A stretch of DNA of 32,000 nt from Promethearchaeota archaeon. GTDB taxonomy: Archaea > Asgardarchaeota > Odinarchaeia > Odinarchaeales > JBHLKK01. Position numbers and translations under genes: made by a program. The stretch covers positions 1 to 32,000 of the forward strand of contig JBHLPL010000003.1 of the NCBI GenBank assembly GCA_048939465.1, given 5' to 3'. Every line of letters begins with the position of its first letter. Position 1 is the first letter of the stretch. The notes beneath the pieces are model-generated. The model searched no databases. It was not told where the DNA came from and saw only the letters and a list, made by a program, of their open reading frames with translations. This document shows positions 15,968 through 25,101 of this stretch, in pieces.

Positions 15968-17239
15968 TCATATTTGATACGTCTGACCGTTCTTTGGAGC
16001 AAGCGCAGATAATCCAAAGGTGGTTTCAACATCTTCTGCAAAGGTTTTGCAGGATTCCTCTTCTCCGTGAACCACAAAAACACTTGGATTTCCTTTTACT
16101 TCCTTAACAATATCCATTAATTGCTTACGGCCACAGTGTGAGGAGAAGTCGAAATATACAACGGATGCATTTACCCTATGAGAAACCCCATCTATAGGCA
16201 GTTCTTTTGTGTCAAGCAATACTCTTCCAGGTGTACCCATTACCTGATATCCTACCAGAAATATCGCATTATCTTGATTATTTAGCAATTGTTGTGCATA
16301 AAAAACTGCATTCCCTCCATTTAGCATACCCGCCGGCGCCACAATGACGCCCGGTTCCTTAACAACTCTAGTCCTTTCTTTTCTATTCTTGATCCATCGG
16401 GCATTATTATGCGCCTTTTGAAACAGTTCATAATCGCGTAAATATTGAGGGTATTTAAACATGATTTTGCTCGCAGCTCTCCCCATTCCATCAAATGAAA
16501 CAGGATAATTCAGATCATATTTATAGAGGATGCATAAGATTTCCTGACTCCTACTTATCGCGAAGGCGGGAATCAGGGCAGTGCCGTCATCCTCAACAGT
16601 CTCGTAAACCGCATTAATGAAACCTTTTTCTAGCTCATTTCGATCCATGTGATCCCGCAACCCGTATGTGCTTTCAATTATTAATGCATCCAGCTCTGGG
16701 ACTTCCATGCTTGCACCGCTTAGAAGTTGAGTGTCCAGCGTATTTATGTCGCTTGTATAGAGTATTCTTTTTCTTTCTGCTTCAACAAGAACTGAAAAAC
16801 TGCCAGGTATGTGTCCCGAATCTATGGTCTTAATTTTGAAAGGCCTTCCAACAGATATTTGTCCGCCATTGTCGATTGGGATACCGCATTGAAACATGCG
16901 AGCTACTTCAGGCCTTTCAAATGGGAGATAATATTCGGATAGCTTGATCAAATCATTAAGCAGAAGTTGCGTCAGTTCCAGGGTAACGGGAGTTGCATAA
17001 AGAGGAATGTTTTCAGACATGTATAGTAGAGGTATGGCACCCGAATGATCTAGGTGGGCATGTGTCAGGAAAATAGCATTAAGCTCACGGGGAGATACAT
17101 GAAGCGGAAATCTGTTTGTCTTTCTCAAATATATGCCATAGTCTAGGAGTATTCTTTGATGGTCGGATTCTATCATTACCGCCGAACCACCGATTTCTTG
17201 ACAACCCCCTAGAAATGTGATTTGAACCAATACAAACAC
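15968..17239 (-). CDS. MBL-fold beta-CASP ribonuclease (aCPSF-like, lacking KH domains)
   Basis: FLGGCQEIGGS, THAHLDHSG, SGHIPGS, YTSD, IESTYG, IPAFAISRSQE, FSSH, VHGE. Confidence 0.9.
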   Translation of the reverse strand: MFVLVQITFLGGCQEIGGSAVMIESDHQRILLDYGIYLRKTNRFPLHVSPRELNAIFLTHAHLDHSGAIPLLYMSENIPLYATPVTLELTQLLLNDLIKLSEYYLPFERPEVARMFQCGIPIDNGGQISVGRPFKIKTIDSGHIPGSFSVLVEAERKRILYTSDINTLDTQLLSGASMEVPELDALIIESTYGLRDHMDRNELEKGFINAVYETVEDDGTALIPAFAISRSQEILCILYKYDLNYPVSFDGMGRAASKIMFKYPQYLRDYELFQKAHNNARWIKNRKERTRVVKEPGVIVAPAGMLNGGNAVFYAQQLLNNQDNAIFLVGYQVMGTPGRVLLDTKELPIDGVSHRVNASVVYFDFSSHCGRKQLMDIVKEVKGNPSVFVVHGEEESCKTFAEDVETTFGLSALAPKNGQTYQI

Positions 17240-17354
17240 CTTTGAAGTAGAAATCTTTATTATTGAACTTGGATTGATTGAATAATGCGTTGATGTTTTT
17301 TGAATCGTAAAAGCATTTAAAAACTTGGTGGTTGACTAAGCCGGGTGTACGAGA

Positions 17355-18071
17355 ATGGGAATTCGGATAGTGTTAAGGAAAAAAGAAGATTTGAAGGATA
17401 AGGCGTTTGTTACAGGCTTTCACGGAATCGGAGTAACAGGATATATAGTGATCAGACATATGATTGAAGTAATCAAACCACAACCTATAGGTTATATTGA
17501 AACCGATGCTCTGCCGGCCTTCGTAGGTATGGATGAAGATCGACTAAGTCTGCCTTTTGAACTCTTTAGGAAAGACGAATTAGTTTTCCTGCTCCCGAGA
17601 TTTCAGCCGTATCGTCTGGAGCAAAGAGAGTTTGCACAAGAAGTTACTAAATGGGTTGTGACCAATGAGTTTCGAGAATCCGTTATGGTTGGAGGATTGG
17701 ACAACCGCTTCAAACATAGCAACGAAGATATCTATTGTGCTTTAACCAAAACGGCACGCACCATTCGTGATGAATTGGATTTACCTGTCTTGGAAAAAGG
17801 GCTATATGTAACAGGACTCTTAGCTTTAATGTTAGCATACTTCGAGATGGATGATTTTCCTGCTCTTGCTCTACTCCCATACGCTGAGAGATCTCGTCCT
17901 GATCCAAGAGCAGCAGCCATTGCTACAAAGAAAATCAATGAACGCTATGGTCTGACTGTGGATACAGAACAGCTGATCAGCGATGCTACACTAATTGAAC
18001 AAGAAATTCAAGAGATTCTTAAACAACAAGAGGAGAGGGTAAAACAAGAGCCCGATGGAATGTATTTGTGA
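17355..18071 (+). CDS. PAC2-family proteasome assembly chaperone (PbaA/PbaB-like)
   Basis: VTGFHGIGVTGYI, PDPRAAA, and a C-terminal HbYX motif (GMYL*). Confidence 0.88.
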   Translation: MGIRIVLRKKEDLKDKAFVTGFHGIGVTGYIVIRHMIEVIKPQPIGYIETDALPAFVGMDEDRLSLPFELFRKDELVFLLPRFQPYRLEQREFAQEVTKWVVTNEFRESVMVGGLDNRFKHSNEDIYCALTKTARTIRDELDLPVLEKGLYVTGLLALMLAYFEMDDFPALALLPYAERSRPDPRAAAIATKKINERYGLTVDTEQLISDATLIEQEIQEILKQQEERVKQEPDGMYL

Positions 18072-18115
18072 GGGGGCTCTTTCAGCTCACTTCGATCCTC
18101 TTAGGACAGTTCTGT

Positions 18116-18940
18116 CTAAATATCTTTGCAGTCGCATTCTCTCATCACAGGAACTGCTCTGACTGCCCGCTTGAAAACCTCGCGTACTTTTTCTATATTG
18201 TTTCTGAAGATCTCAAGAACTTCCTTCACTGTGATCTTTGTTTTTGAGATCCCAGCCGCCCAGTTTGTTACAAGTCCTAGAGAGGCATAACACATCGATA
18301 ACTCACGAGCCAATACGCTTTCTGGGACGAGAGTCATCCCGACTATATCTGCACCCAAGATTCTGAACGCCTTTATCTCAGCAGGTGTTTCGAATCTTGG
18401 TCCATCAGTACAGACATATGTCCCCTTTGAGAAATAGGGAACTTCTGCTTTCTCACAAGCGTCAATCAGCGCCTTCCTGAGTTCCACACAAAATGGGCGT
18501 GTCACATCAATGTGAACGAACTTGGCTGTCGAAGGTTTTCCTCGCCAGAACTCTATCGGCGTTATTCCATCATAGAATGTCCTTTCCCGGCTTTTGGTCA
18601 TATCGATGAATTGATCTAGGACTACAAAACTGCCAGGTTCTATGTCAGGATTCATGGTCCCGCAAGCATTACTTGCGATTATTCTTTCGACCCCAAGCTT
18701 TTTCAGCCCATAGATATTCGCCCTGAAATTCACAAGATGGGGGGGTACACTATGCCCACTTTCTCTTTTCCCCGGAGCTGCATGACGAGGCAAGAAGGCT
18801 ACTTCTGTCTCATCGATATTCCCAACTTCTATTTGAGGTGTAGAGCCGAAGGGTGTCCTCAAGACCTCTCGTTTTGCTTCATCTAATAGGTTGTATAAAC
18901 CAGAACCCCCAATAATTGCTATTCTGACACTCTCTTTCAT
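18116..18940 (-). CDS. mtnP: Methylthioadenosine/purine nucleoside phosphorylase (MTAP family)
   Basis: IAIIGGSG, AFLPRH, VNFRANIYGLK, DQFIDMT, GPRFETPAE, VGMT..PE..LAREL. Start reassigned to ATG 18940. Confidence 0.9.
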   Translation of the reverse strand: MKESVRIAIIGGSGLYNLLDEAKREVLRTPFGSTPQIEVGNIDETEVAFLPRHAAPGKRESGHSVPPHLVNFRANIYGLKKLGVERIIASNACGTMNPDIEPGSFVVLDQFIDMTKSRERTFYDGITPIEFWRGKPSTAKFVHIDVTRPFCVELRKALIDACEKAEVPYFSKGTYVCTDGPRFETPAEIKAFRILGADIVGMTLVPESVLARELSMCYASLGLVTNWAAGISKTKITVKEVLEIFRNNIEKVREVFKRAVRAVPVMRECDCKDI

Positions 18941-18941
18941 C

Positions 18942-19775
18942 TTAATCCTCTCCGCTTTGCTGACGACCGAGCACATCCAATATGTGCGCCAGGATAGTCT
19001 CATTTGAAGCAGCAATGAAAGAAAAACCTTCCTTTGGATTCAAAGGAGTTCTAGGCTTCCTTCCCTGCAAATCAGTAAAAACACCACCAGCTTCTTCCAG
19101 GATAATCCTGGCCGCCGCGATATCAACCACCCTTGAATATCCTCTCACATCTATGCAAGCATCTAAGCTACCTTTAGCTACGTAGCAGATCTCCAGAGCC
19201 TCACTACCCAAAGTCCTTGTCTTAATGTATTTGCACAATTCGTAGTGTTGGGAAACAAACCGCAAAGACCTATAAGCGTAAAAACTAACTAACGCCTTAT
19301 CAATTCTTCTGCCCTTCGAGGTCATTATTCTTTTGCTATTCCAAAAAGCACCGTCCCCTTTTATGGCATGGAAGGTTTCCCCAATCGCTAAATTCTTTAC
19401 TACTCCTACGGACAGAGAATCTGCCGTCTGACCAGCACGATACTTGCCTAAGGCCAGCGAGGTACTGTAAAAAGGTATGCCGGTTACCGCATTTGTGCTA
19501 CCATCAATCGGGTCAACCACCAGTACAATCTCAGCTTCCTTTCCACCGACATACCGCTCGCCCATTTCCTCGCTTATCATATAGGTAGGGACGTTATACT
19601 GGCTCAGGGTTTCAACAATCACTCTCTCCGCAGCCTCGTCAATTTTCCTCGTTAATGTTTCGCTAGGATTAAGTCCTACAACGGCACCGATATCAAAACC
19701 CGAATCGATAAGAGAAAGAATTTTGCCTCGCACCTTGTCTGCTATATCTAATAGCATCTTCAGGTACTCTTTCAT
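18942..19775 (-). CDS. Inositol monophosphatase / FBPase family phosphatase
   Basis: RKIDEAAE, ISEE, VVDPIDGSTNA, RTLGSEALE, VDIAAA..ILEEAGG. Confidence 0.9.
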   Translation of the reverse strand: MKEYLKMLLDIADKVRGKILSLIDSGFDIGAVVGLNPSETLTRKIDEAAERVIVETLSQYNVPTYMISEEMGERYVGGKEAEIVLVVDPIDGSTNAVTGIPFYSTSLALGKYRAGQTADSLSVGVVKNLAIGETFHAIKGDGAFWNSKRIMTSKGRRIDKALVSFYAYRSLRFVSQHYELCKYIKTRTLGSEALEICYVAKGSLDACIDVRGYSRVVDIAAARIILEEAGGVFTDLQGRKPRTPLNPKEGFSFIAASNETILAHILDVLGRQQSGED

Positions 19776-19800
19776 TAGTCTTCACCCATTCTATTTTCTC

Positions 19801-20358
19801 TTAAAATTTGAACTGCTCAGACGCTTTTATGTAGATTTCTTCTGCACATTGGTCCGGAGATAACTTGTCTGCCTCAACTATTATTTCAGGATTTTTGGGC
19901 TCTTCATATTGTGTTTGAAAACCAGGCACCGTTCTAGTATCGCCTTTCATGGCACGCTTATATATATCCCTCGGAGCACTGGTAAGCTCTTCTCGACTCA
20001 TCTCGCGTTCTATACATATTTCCAGGGGACATTTAAGGTACGCTTCCATAAATCTTTTTATCAGCTCCCTTGCTTTATCACGATATCTTTGCCTATTGGC
20101 CGTAGCATCAAAGATCACATTTATGCCGTTATCTGCCAGGATCTTTCCCATATAAGCAAGTGCTGCATAGACGATATCACGTTCCTGATCTGAGTATGTG
20201 GGAGTGGGTGTTACAACTCTCCTTACTTCGTCCATACGGAGAAGCTGAACATGAATTCCGTTATCTTCAAGCCTATCTTTGAGGATATTGGCAGTTGTGG
20301 ATTTGCCACTACCAGGAAGGCCGGTTATCCAAATCGCAAAACCATTCTTCTTATACAT
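19801..20358 (-). CDS. Adenylyl-sulfate kinase-like P-loop kinase
   Basis: WITGLPGSGKST, D.VRR, YSDQERD, YLKCPLEIC.ERE, VPG....YEEP. The substrate cannot be established from sequence. Confidence 0.8.
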   Translation of the reverse strand: MYKKNGFAIWITGLPGSGKSTTANILKDRLEDNGIHVQLLRMDEVRRVVTPTPTYSDQERDIVYAALAYMGKILADNGINVIFDATANRQRYRDKARELIKRFMEAYLKCPLEICIEREMSREELTSAPRDIYKRAMKGDTRTVPGFQTQYEEPKNPEIIVEADKLSPDQCAEEIYIKASEQFKF

Positions 20359-20370
20359 GATGGACCTCCT

Positions 20371-21468
20371 TCAGCACTTCAGATAAGAGTTCACATCTTT
20401 TGAATCGAATCTCTCTACTTCAATCATATTATGAATGAAATTGAACAGCTTCCTTCGTACATCAAAATCTAGATTGGGATACCATATTGGAGACGCAATA
20501 ACTAGACATCGCCAAACATAAAAAGGCGGCATAACGGACAGTATTTCCTCGTCTTCTGTTTTCTCAAGGTAATTATCAATAAAAATCTCGAAAAGAGTGC
20601 GAAATTCGCCCTCAAGACGCCTGTGGGCTTGTAAAGAATAGAATAGATAGTTAACCAACATGCAAGTGACGTCGTCAGCCGGTTCTCCCCATTCTCCTCT
20701 GCTCCTATCCAGAACTGTGAAGTCTGAGCCTCTACGAAACATAATGTTCCATGGATGAAAATCACCGTGGACTTGACTGAGCCGATGTACTTTCTTCTTG
20801 ATTTTCCATCTCCAGTCAATACACTTCTTTTCGATCTCTCGAAGTTCACCTTCATTTGTGAAATCAAGATCAGCCGGATAGCTGTCGAGTAGCCCCATTA
20901 TGCACTCTCCGTGTCCGACCAGGTCGCGAATCCTCCGAATGTATAATGAAGGACTATTCTTTTTTACGGAGTGTATATTTACAAGATAGTTGGATAGTTC
21001 CTTGGTACGTACTTTGTCAAGCTCCACCAAATTCCTATTGGCTTTAATTCTTTCTAAATCATTATAATACTCAAGTCCTTCGATCTTTTCCGTCAAGAGG
21101 AAGAACTCCAGGCTGTCTCCAACCGATTTTAATGATTCTTCTTCGGTAAAAGCCCCAACGTCCACAGAACGGACGTGCTTGGGCAAACTGTTGAAAGTAG
21201 AGTGCGCCAAGAGCAATGACTGGGCTCGATCTGAAAAGTGATCATGACCGAAACCTCCTGGCTTCATGGTTCCTAGAACAACACTCTTTGTCTCGCTTTT
21301 GATTTCAAATTCTATTAAGTAGGGTTTCCCATAACCGAATCCTTTTAACTCTCCCTTCTCTATAGCCTCTTCAGTCTTTCCCAATTCACTTATGGTCCTG
21401 ATTTTCACCTTGGCGTCAAATATCTTTGATAGGTAAGTCTGCAGTCTCTCTATATTTAACGTCGGCAT
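20371..21468 (-). CDS. APH/choline-kinase-fold phosphotransferase
   Basis: Brenner motif VHGDFHPWNI followed by LDRSRGEWGEPADD. Confidence 0.8.
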   Translation of the reverse strand: MPTLNIERLQTYLSKIFDAKVKIRTISELGKTEEAIEKGELKGFGYGKPYLIEFEIKSETKSVVLGTMKPGGFGHDHFSDRAQSLLLAHSTFNSLPKHVRSVDVGAFTEEESLKSVGDSLEFFLLTEKIEGLEYYNDLERIKANRNLVELDKVRTKELSNYLVNIHSVKKNSPSLYIRRIRDLVGHGECIMGLLDSYPADLDFTNEGELREIEKKCIDWRWKIKKKVHRLSQVHGDFHPWNIMFRRGSDFTVLDRSRGEWGEPADDVTCMLVNYLFYSLQAHRRLEGEFRTLFEIFIDNYLEKTEDEEILSVMPPFYVWRCLVIASPIWYPNLDFDVRRKLFNFIHNMIEVERFDSKDVNSYLKC

Positions 21469-21580
21469 TCTGTCTCCTCCTATCGATCGCTAAACGTTAG
21501 TCATCATCCCATTTAAAAGCTTCAAGCGTTTTATCGCATAATTTGGGAACTACTCTTAATCTTAAAGAATATTTATAAAG

Positions 21581-21937
21581 ATGAAAATCTTTTACCAAGA
21601 ACCAAGCTTAGAAGGGAGAAGAATGTCAGGAAAAATCAGTAAGGTAATTTCCCCAAAAAGGATTCAGAAGTTCTTTCGTTACAGTTGGATCTTCATTGTG
21701 TTTGCAGCAGCAGGCATAATTGGGGTTTATGTAATTACGGATTTTCCATCTAGAAATACGACGTTTACCGTAGCTATATGCCTCCTTGCAGTTTTTGGTC
21801 TAACATTGGGCATGAACGGGATTATTTCAACACTTCCTGAAGAGGAGCTGCCCGAAAAATGCGGAAAGCTGTTTCTGCAATGGCTTCTTACAACGGCAAT
21901 AATTGGTATATTTTGCATAATAGCCATTGTTCTTTAG
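21581..21937 (+). CDS. Small membrane protein, about 3 TM helices
   Basis: Three hydrophobic stretches; fills the intergenic gap. The start may be ATG 21623. Confidence 0.6.
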   Translation: MKIFYQEPSLEGRRMSGKISKVISPKRIQKFFRYSWIFIVFAAAGIIGVYVITDFPSRNTTFTVAICLLAVFGLTLGMNGIISTLPEEELPEKCGKLFLQWLLTTAIIGIFCIIAIVL

Positions 21938-21970
21938 AAATCTGGAATTCTATAAGTCTGGTGACGCGAA

Positions 21971-22411
21971 GTGATAAATCGTGGGGGCATTCACAGGAAG
22001 GGAGAAGTAGATTTCTGTCAGCTCCTAGAACATTTAAGGAACAGTACAAAGCCTTCAGAAGTCGGTGCGATAGCTTGCTTTATTGGCGTTGTAAGAGGAT
22101 TAGCTAAGAGTGGAAAGAAGGTGGAAAAACTCGAAGTTGAAGCATGGGACGAGAAGACGGAGGAGATTCTGACGAGTATTTGCGATGAGCTGAGAAGGAG
22201 AAAGGGAGTCTCTGAGGTTTATATCCATCACATAGTAGGAGCTCTCAGCGTCGGGGAAGATATTGTATACGTTATCGTGGCAGGCGCGCACCGTCAAGAA
22301 GTATTTTCAACGCTAAGAGAAGCTGTTGAACGATACAAAAAGGAAGCTCCCCTCTGGAAAAAGGAGTTCCTTGAGACGGGCGAATCCTTTTGGGTTTCTG
22401 AAGGAGAGTAA
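21971..22411 (+). CDS. moaE: Molybdopterin synthase catalytic subunit MoaE
   Basis: GAIACFIGVVRG, H.VG.L.VGEDIVYV.VAGAHR, K.EAPLWKKE. Confidence 0.92.
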   Translation: MINRGGIHRKGEVDFCQLLEHLRNSTKPSEVGAIACFIGVVRGLAKSGKKVEKLEVEAWDEKTEEILTSICDELRRRKGVSEVYIHHIVGALSVGEDIVYVIVAGAHRQEVFSTLREAVERYKKEAPLWKKEFLETGESFWVSEGE

Positions 22412-22448
22412 GCTGAATAACAATAGGGATTTTATGCATTGAAAAGAC

Positions 22449-22561
22449 TGGTGCGAGGGGTGGGACTTGAACCCACGAAGGCATACGCAAGAGTGTTGTA
22501 CCACTTTTTCTACGCCAAAGGATCTTGAGTCCTTCCCCGTTGACCGCTTGGGTACCCTCGC
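22449..22561 (-). tRNA. tRNA-Leu(CAA) with a 27-nt intron in the variable-arm loop (22483-22509)
   Basis: Acceptor GCGAGGG/CCCTCGC-A-CCA, anticodon arm AAGGA-CTCAAGA-TCCTT, T-arm GTGGG-TTCAAGT-CCCAC. BHB-consistent cuts (AG|A, AT|G) restore the typical Leu arm TGGCGTAGGCCTTC. Confidence 0.92.
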
Positions 22562-22700
22562 AACATAGTGTTTTGGCGTTTCGAATCTTAACTTTATCGG
22601 TGGGATGACTCTAACCGAGAGACTAGACGGGAACAAGAACTGATAATCGAACCTCGGAAATCGTGAAGGATTACGGTGCTATTACTCTTCTTACGTATCT

Positions 22701-22979
22701 CTAAATGGTTTCCTTCAATTCCTCGAGGAATTTTATTAGAATACGCGTTATTTCATTTTTCTCGTTGAGATAGAAAAGACGCATTTGCTGGCCAACTCTC
22801 ATTTCGGTTACGACACCTTGACGGACCAAGGGTGCAATAACACGACTAACTGTGGAATGCGCCAATCTAGTCTTTCGAGCCAAATCAGAAAGATTATAGG
22901 GCTTTCCTCTCTTTTCTAGCAAGAATTGCAGTAATTTTGACTGTGCTGATCTTCCAAAGAGCTTGATGAGTTCAGACAT
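22701..22979 (-). CDS. Small winged-helix (ArsR-like) DNA-binding protein
   Basis: YNLSDLARKTRLAHSTVSRVIAPLVRQGVV is an HTH followed by a wing. Confidence 0.8.
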   Translation of the reverse strand: MSELIKLFGRSAQSKLLQFLLEKRGKPYNLSDLARKTRLAHSTVSRVIAPLVRQGVVTEMRVGQQMRLFYLNEKNEITRILIKFLEELKETI

Positions 22980-23002
22980 GTTAGGCCTCCGAGCTTTAGC
23001 AT

Positions 23003-23707
23003 CTATTCATCAAACAATATCTTGGTACCAATTTCTTCGCCCTTAACTGCTTTTATGACATTTTCAGGATTCCTTCCGTCGATAATCATAGTTGGAATAC
23101 GAGATCTCTGTACGATTTTTATAGCCAAAGTATCAAACAAAGCATATTTGCCAGCCTCCTCAGTTTCAGATTTTAGGATATTGGAGAGCTGTTCAGCCGT
23201 TACTTCTTTTAGCAGTTTTGCCTCAGGATCTTTCTTTGGTGGTTTTGAGTAGACTCCCTCAACGTCTGTCGCGTTTATTAGTAAATCGACGTTCAGGAAT
23301 TCCGCTAGAAGAGCAGCCACAGCATTCGTAGATTGACCTGCTTGAGTGCCTCCCATTACTATCGCTTTCCCGATACTCGATATTTTGCGTGCATCTTCAA
23401 AGCTTTCAGCAGGTTCGGGATAGGCATCATCGTTGAGAGCAGCGATCAAAACACGAGCGTTTAGGCGAGAGACCATGATTCCGATCTCATCACAAATAGC
23501 TTCTGATGCTCCTAGGCTGCGGAGTACAGAAATATATGTTCTCGCGATTTTTCCACCACCAACAACAACGTGAGCGACATTACCTTCAGACCACAGTTTT
23601 CTTAGGACCTCGCCATATCGCTTTATTAGGGAAAGATTTATTTCGCCATTCTTGTCTTCAATCAATGAGCCTCCAAGTTTGATTACAACCTTCACACTAA
23701 TCACCAA
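23003..23707 (-). CDS. pyrH: Uridylate kinase
   Basis: VIKLGGS, VVVGGG..AR.YI, D.IGI..SRLNA, GQSTNAVAA, ATDVEGVY. Confidence 0.93.
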   Translation of the reverse strand: MVISVKVVIKLGGSLIEDKNGEINLSLIKRYGEVLRKLWSEGNVAHVVVGGGKIARTYISVLRSLGASEAICDEIGIMVSRLNARVLIAALNDDAYPEPAESFEDARKISSIGKAIVMGGTQAGQSTNAVAALLAEFLNVDLLINATDVEGVYSKPPKKDPEAKLLKEVTAEQLSNILKSETEEAGKYALFDTLAIKIVQRSRIPTMIIDGRNPENVIKAVKGEEIGTKILFDE

Positions 23708-23836
23708 GTTTGCGGTTAGAGAAGTTTTTATGTCAAAACTTATAAGCCTACCTCGTGAAACTCTAAATCAAACGATTCACACAGACCTCATGTGCTTGCT
23801 GGGGATGTAAAAGCCGCTCCTGAGAGGTGTTAACAG

Positions 23837-25087
23837 TTGTCAGATGCAAAATCCTTCCAGAAGTTTCGACTGAAGAGGATGTTGGAATTGCTGGAAGGTA
23901 AAAAAGGATATCATACAGAGCTCGTGTCATTGTATATACCGCCAGGTAGACAGCTGAGCGATGTGACAAACTACCTAAAGCAGGAATACGGTACCGCTTC
24001 TAATATCAAATCCAAATCAACACGAAAGAATGTTATGGACTCCATTACCAGCGTGATTCAAAGACTCAAGACGATCGAGGAGACTCCACAAACAGGACTC
24101 GTTATTTTTTGTGGAGCAATTCCGCAAAATGGTCAAGGAACTGAGAGAATAGAGCAGTACGTCATTGTTCCACCAGAGCCTATTAATGTCTTCAAATATC
24201 ATTGTGATAGCGACTTCTTCTTAGACCCATTAAAGGAGTTGCTGAAAGAGAGGGGAGCATACGGATTGATGATTATTGATAGAGGTGGGGCCACCTACGC
24301 AATACTGAGAGGGAAGCATCTGGAAATTGTCCGCGACATATCATCGGGGGTGCCAAGGAAGCAGGACGCAGGAGGCCAGTCCCAAAGGAGATTTGAGAGA
24401 ATTGTCGAACAGGTAGCCCATGAGTTTTACGTAAGAGCGGGAGAGTATGCGAATGACATATTCTTACAAACTCCAGACCTCAAGGGTTTAATAATAGGAG
24501 GCCCCGGCCCTACCAAAGAGAAATTCGCCGACGGGGGATATCTTGATTACAGATTGAAGGATAAGATTATCGCAGTACTTGATGTTGGGTATACCGAAGA
24601 GATGGGAGTAAAGGAACTATTAGGAAGAGCTAGCACGATACTGAAAAGCGTAAGATATATGGAAGAGAAAGCAGTTGTTCAAGAATTCCTAAGTCATCTT
24701 GCCAGAGATACAGGACTGGCTGCCTACGGCGAGAAAGAAGTCAGAACATACCTTAGACAGGGTATAGTAGGGGTTCTTTTGCTTTCTGAGGGGCTAGATA
24801 TGACTAGAGCCACTATCGAGTGTCCGCAGTGTGATTATAGGCTGCAAAAGACCTTGAAAAGGAATGAATTAGAAGAGTTGGAAAAGGAGATAACTGAAAA
24901 TACCTGTCCCGAGTGTAATAGTTCTAAGCTGAACATAGAAGCCGTTAATATTATAGAGGAGTTAGGAGAATTAGCAGAGCAAACTGGAACAAGAGTAGAA
25001 TTAATATCTACCGAAACTGAAGAGGGTGTAGAATTGCTAAACTTAGGCGGAATAGCCGCCGTGTTAAGGTTCAAACCCGGGTCTTGA
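23837..25087 (+). CDS. prf1: Peptide chain release factor aRF1
   Basis: TASNIKS, YHCDS.F, GGQSQRRFER, GGIAAVLRF, and the CxxC..CxxC mini-domain; TTG start. Confidence 0.97.
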   Translation: MSDAKSFQKFRLKRMLELLEGKKGYHTELVSLYIPPGRQLSDVTNYLKQEYGTASNIKSKSTRKNVMDSITSVIQRLKTIEETPQTGLVIFCGAIPQNGQGTERIEQYVIVPPEPINVFKYHCDSDFFLDPLKELLKERGAYGLMIIDRGGATYAILRGKHLEIVRDISSGVPRKQDAGGQSQRRFERIVEQVAHEFYVRAGEYANDIFLQTPDLKGLIIGGPGPTKEKFADGGYLDYRLKDKIIAVLDVGYTEEMGVKELLGRASTILKSVRYMEEKAVVQEFLSHLARDTGLAAYGEKEVRTYLRQGIVGVLLLSEGLDMTRATIECPQCDYRLQKTLKRNELEELEKEITENTCPECNSSKLNIEAVNIIEELGELAEQTGTRVELISTETEEGVELLNLGGIAAVLRFKPGS

Positions 25088-25101
25088 GATGGTGACAAGA
25101 T

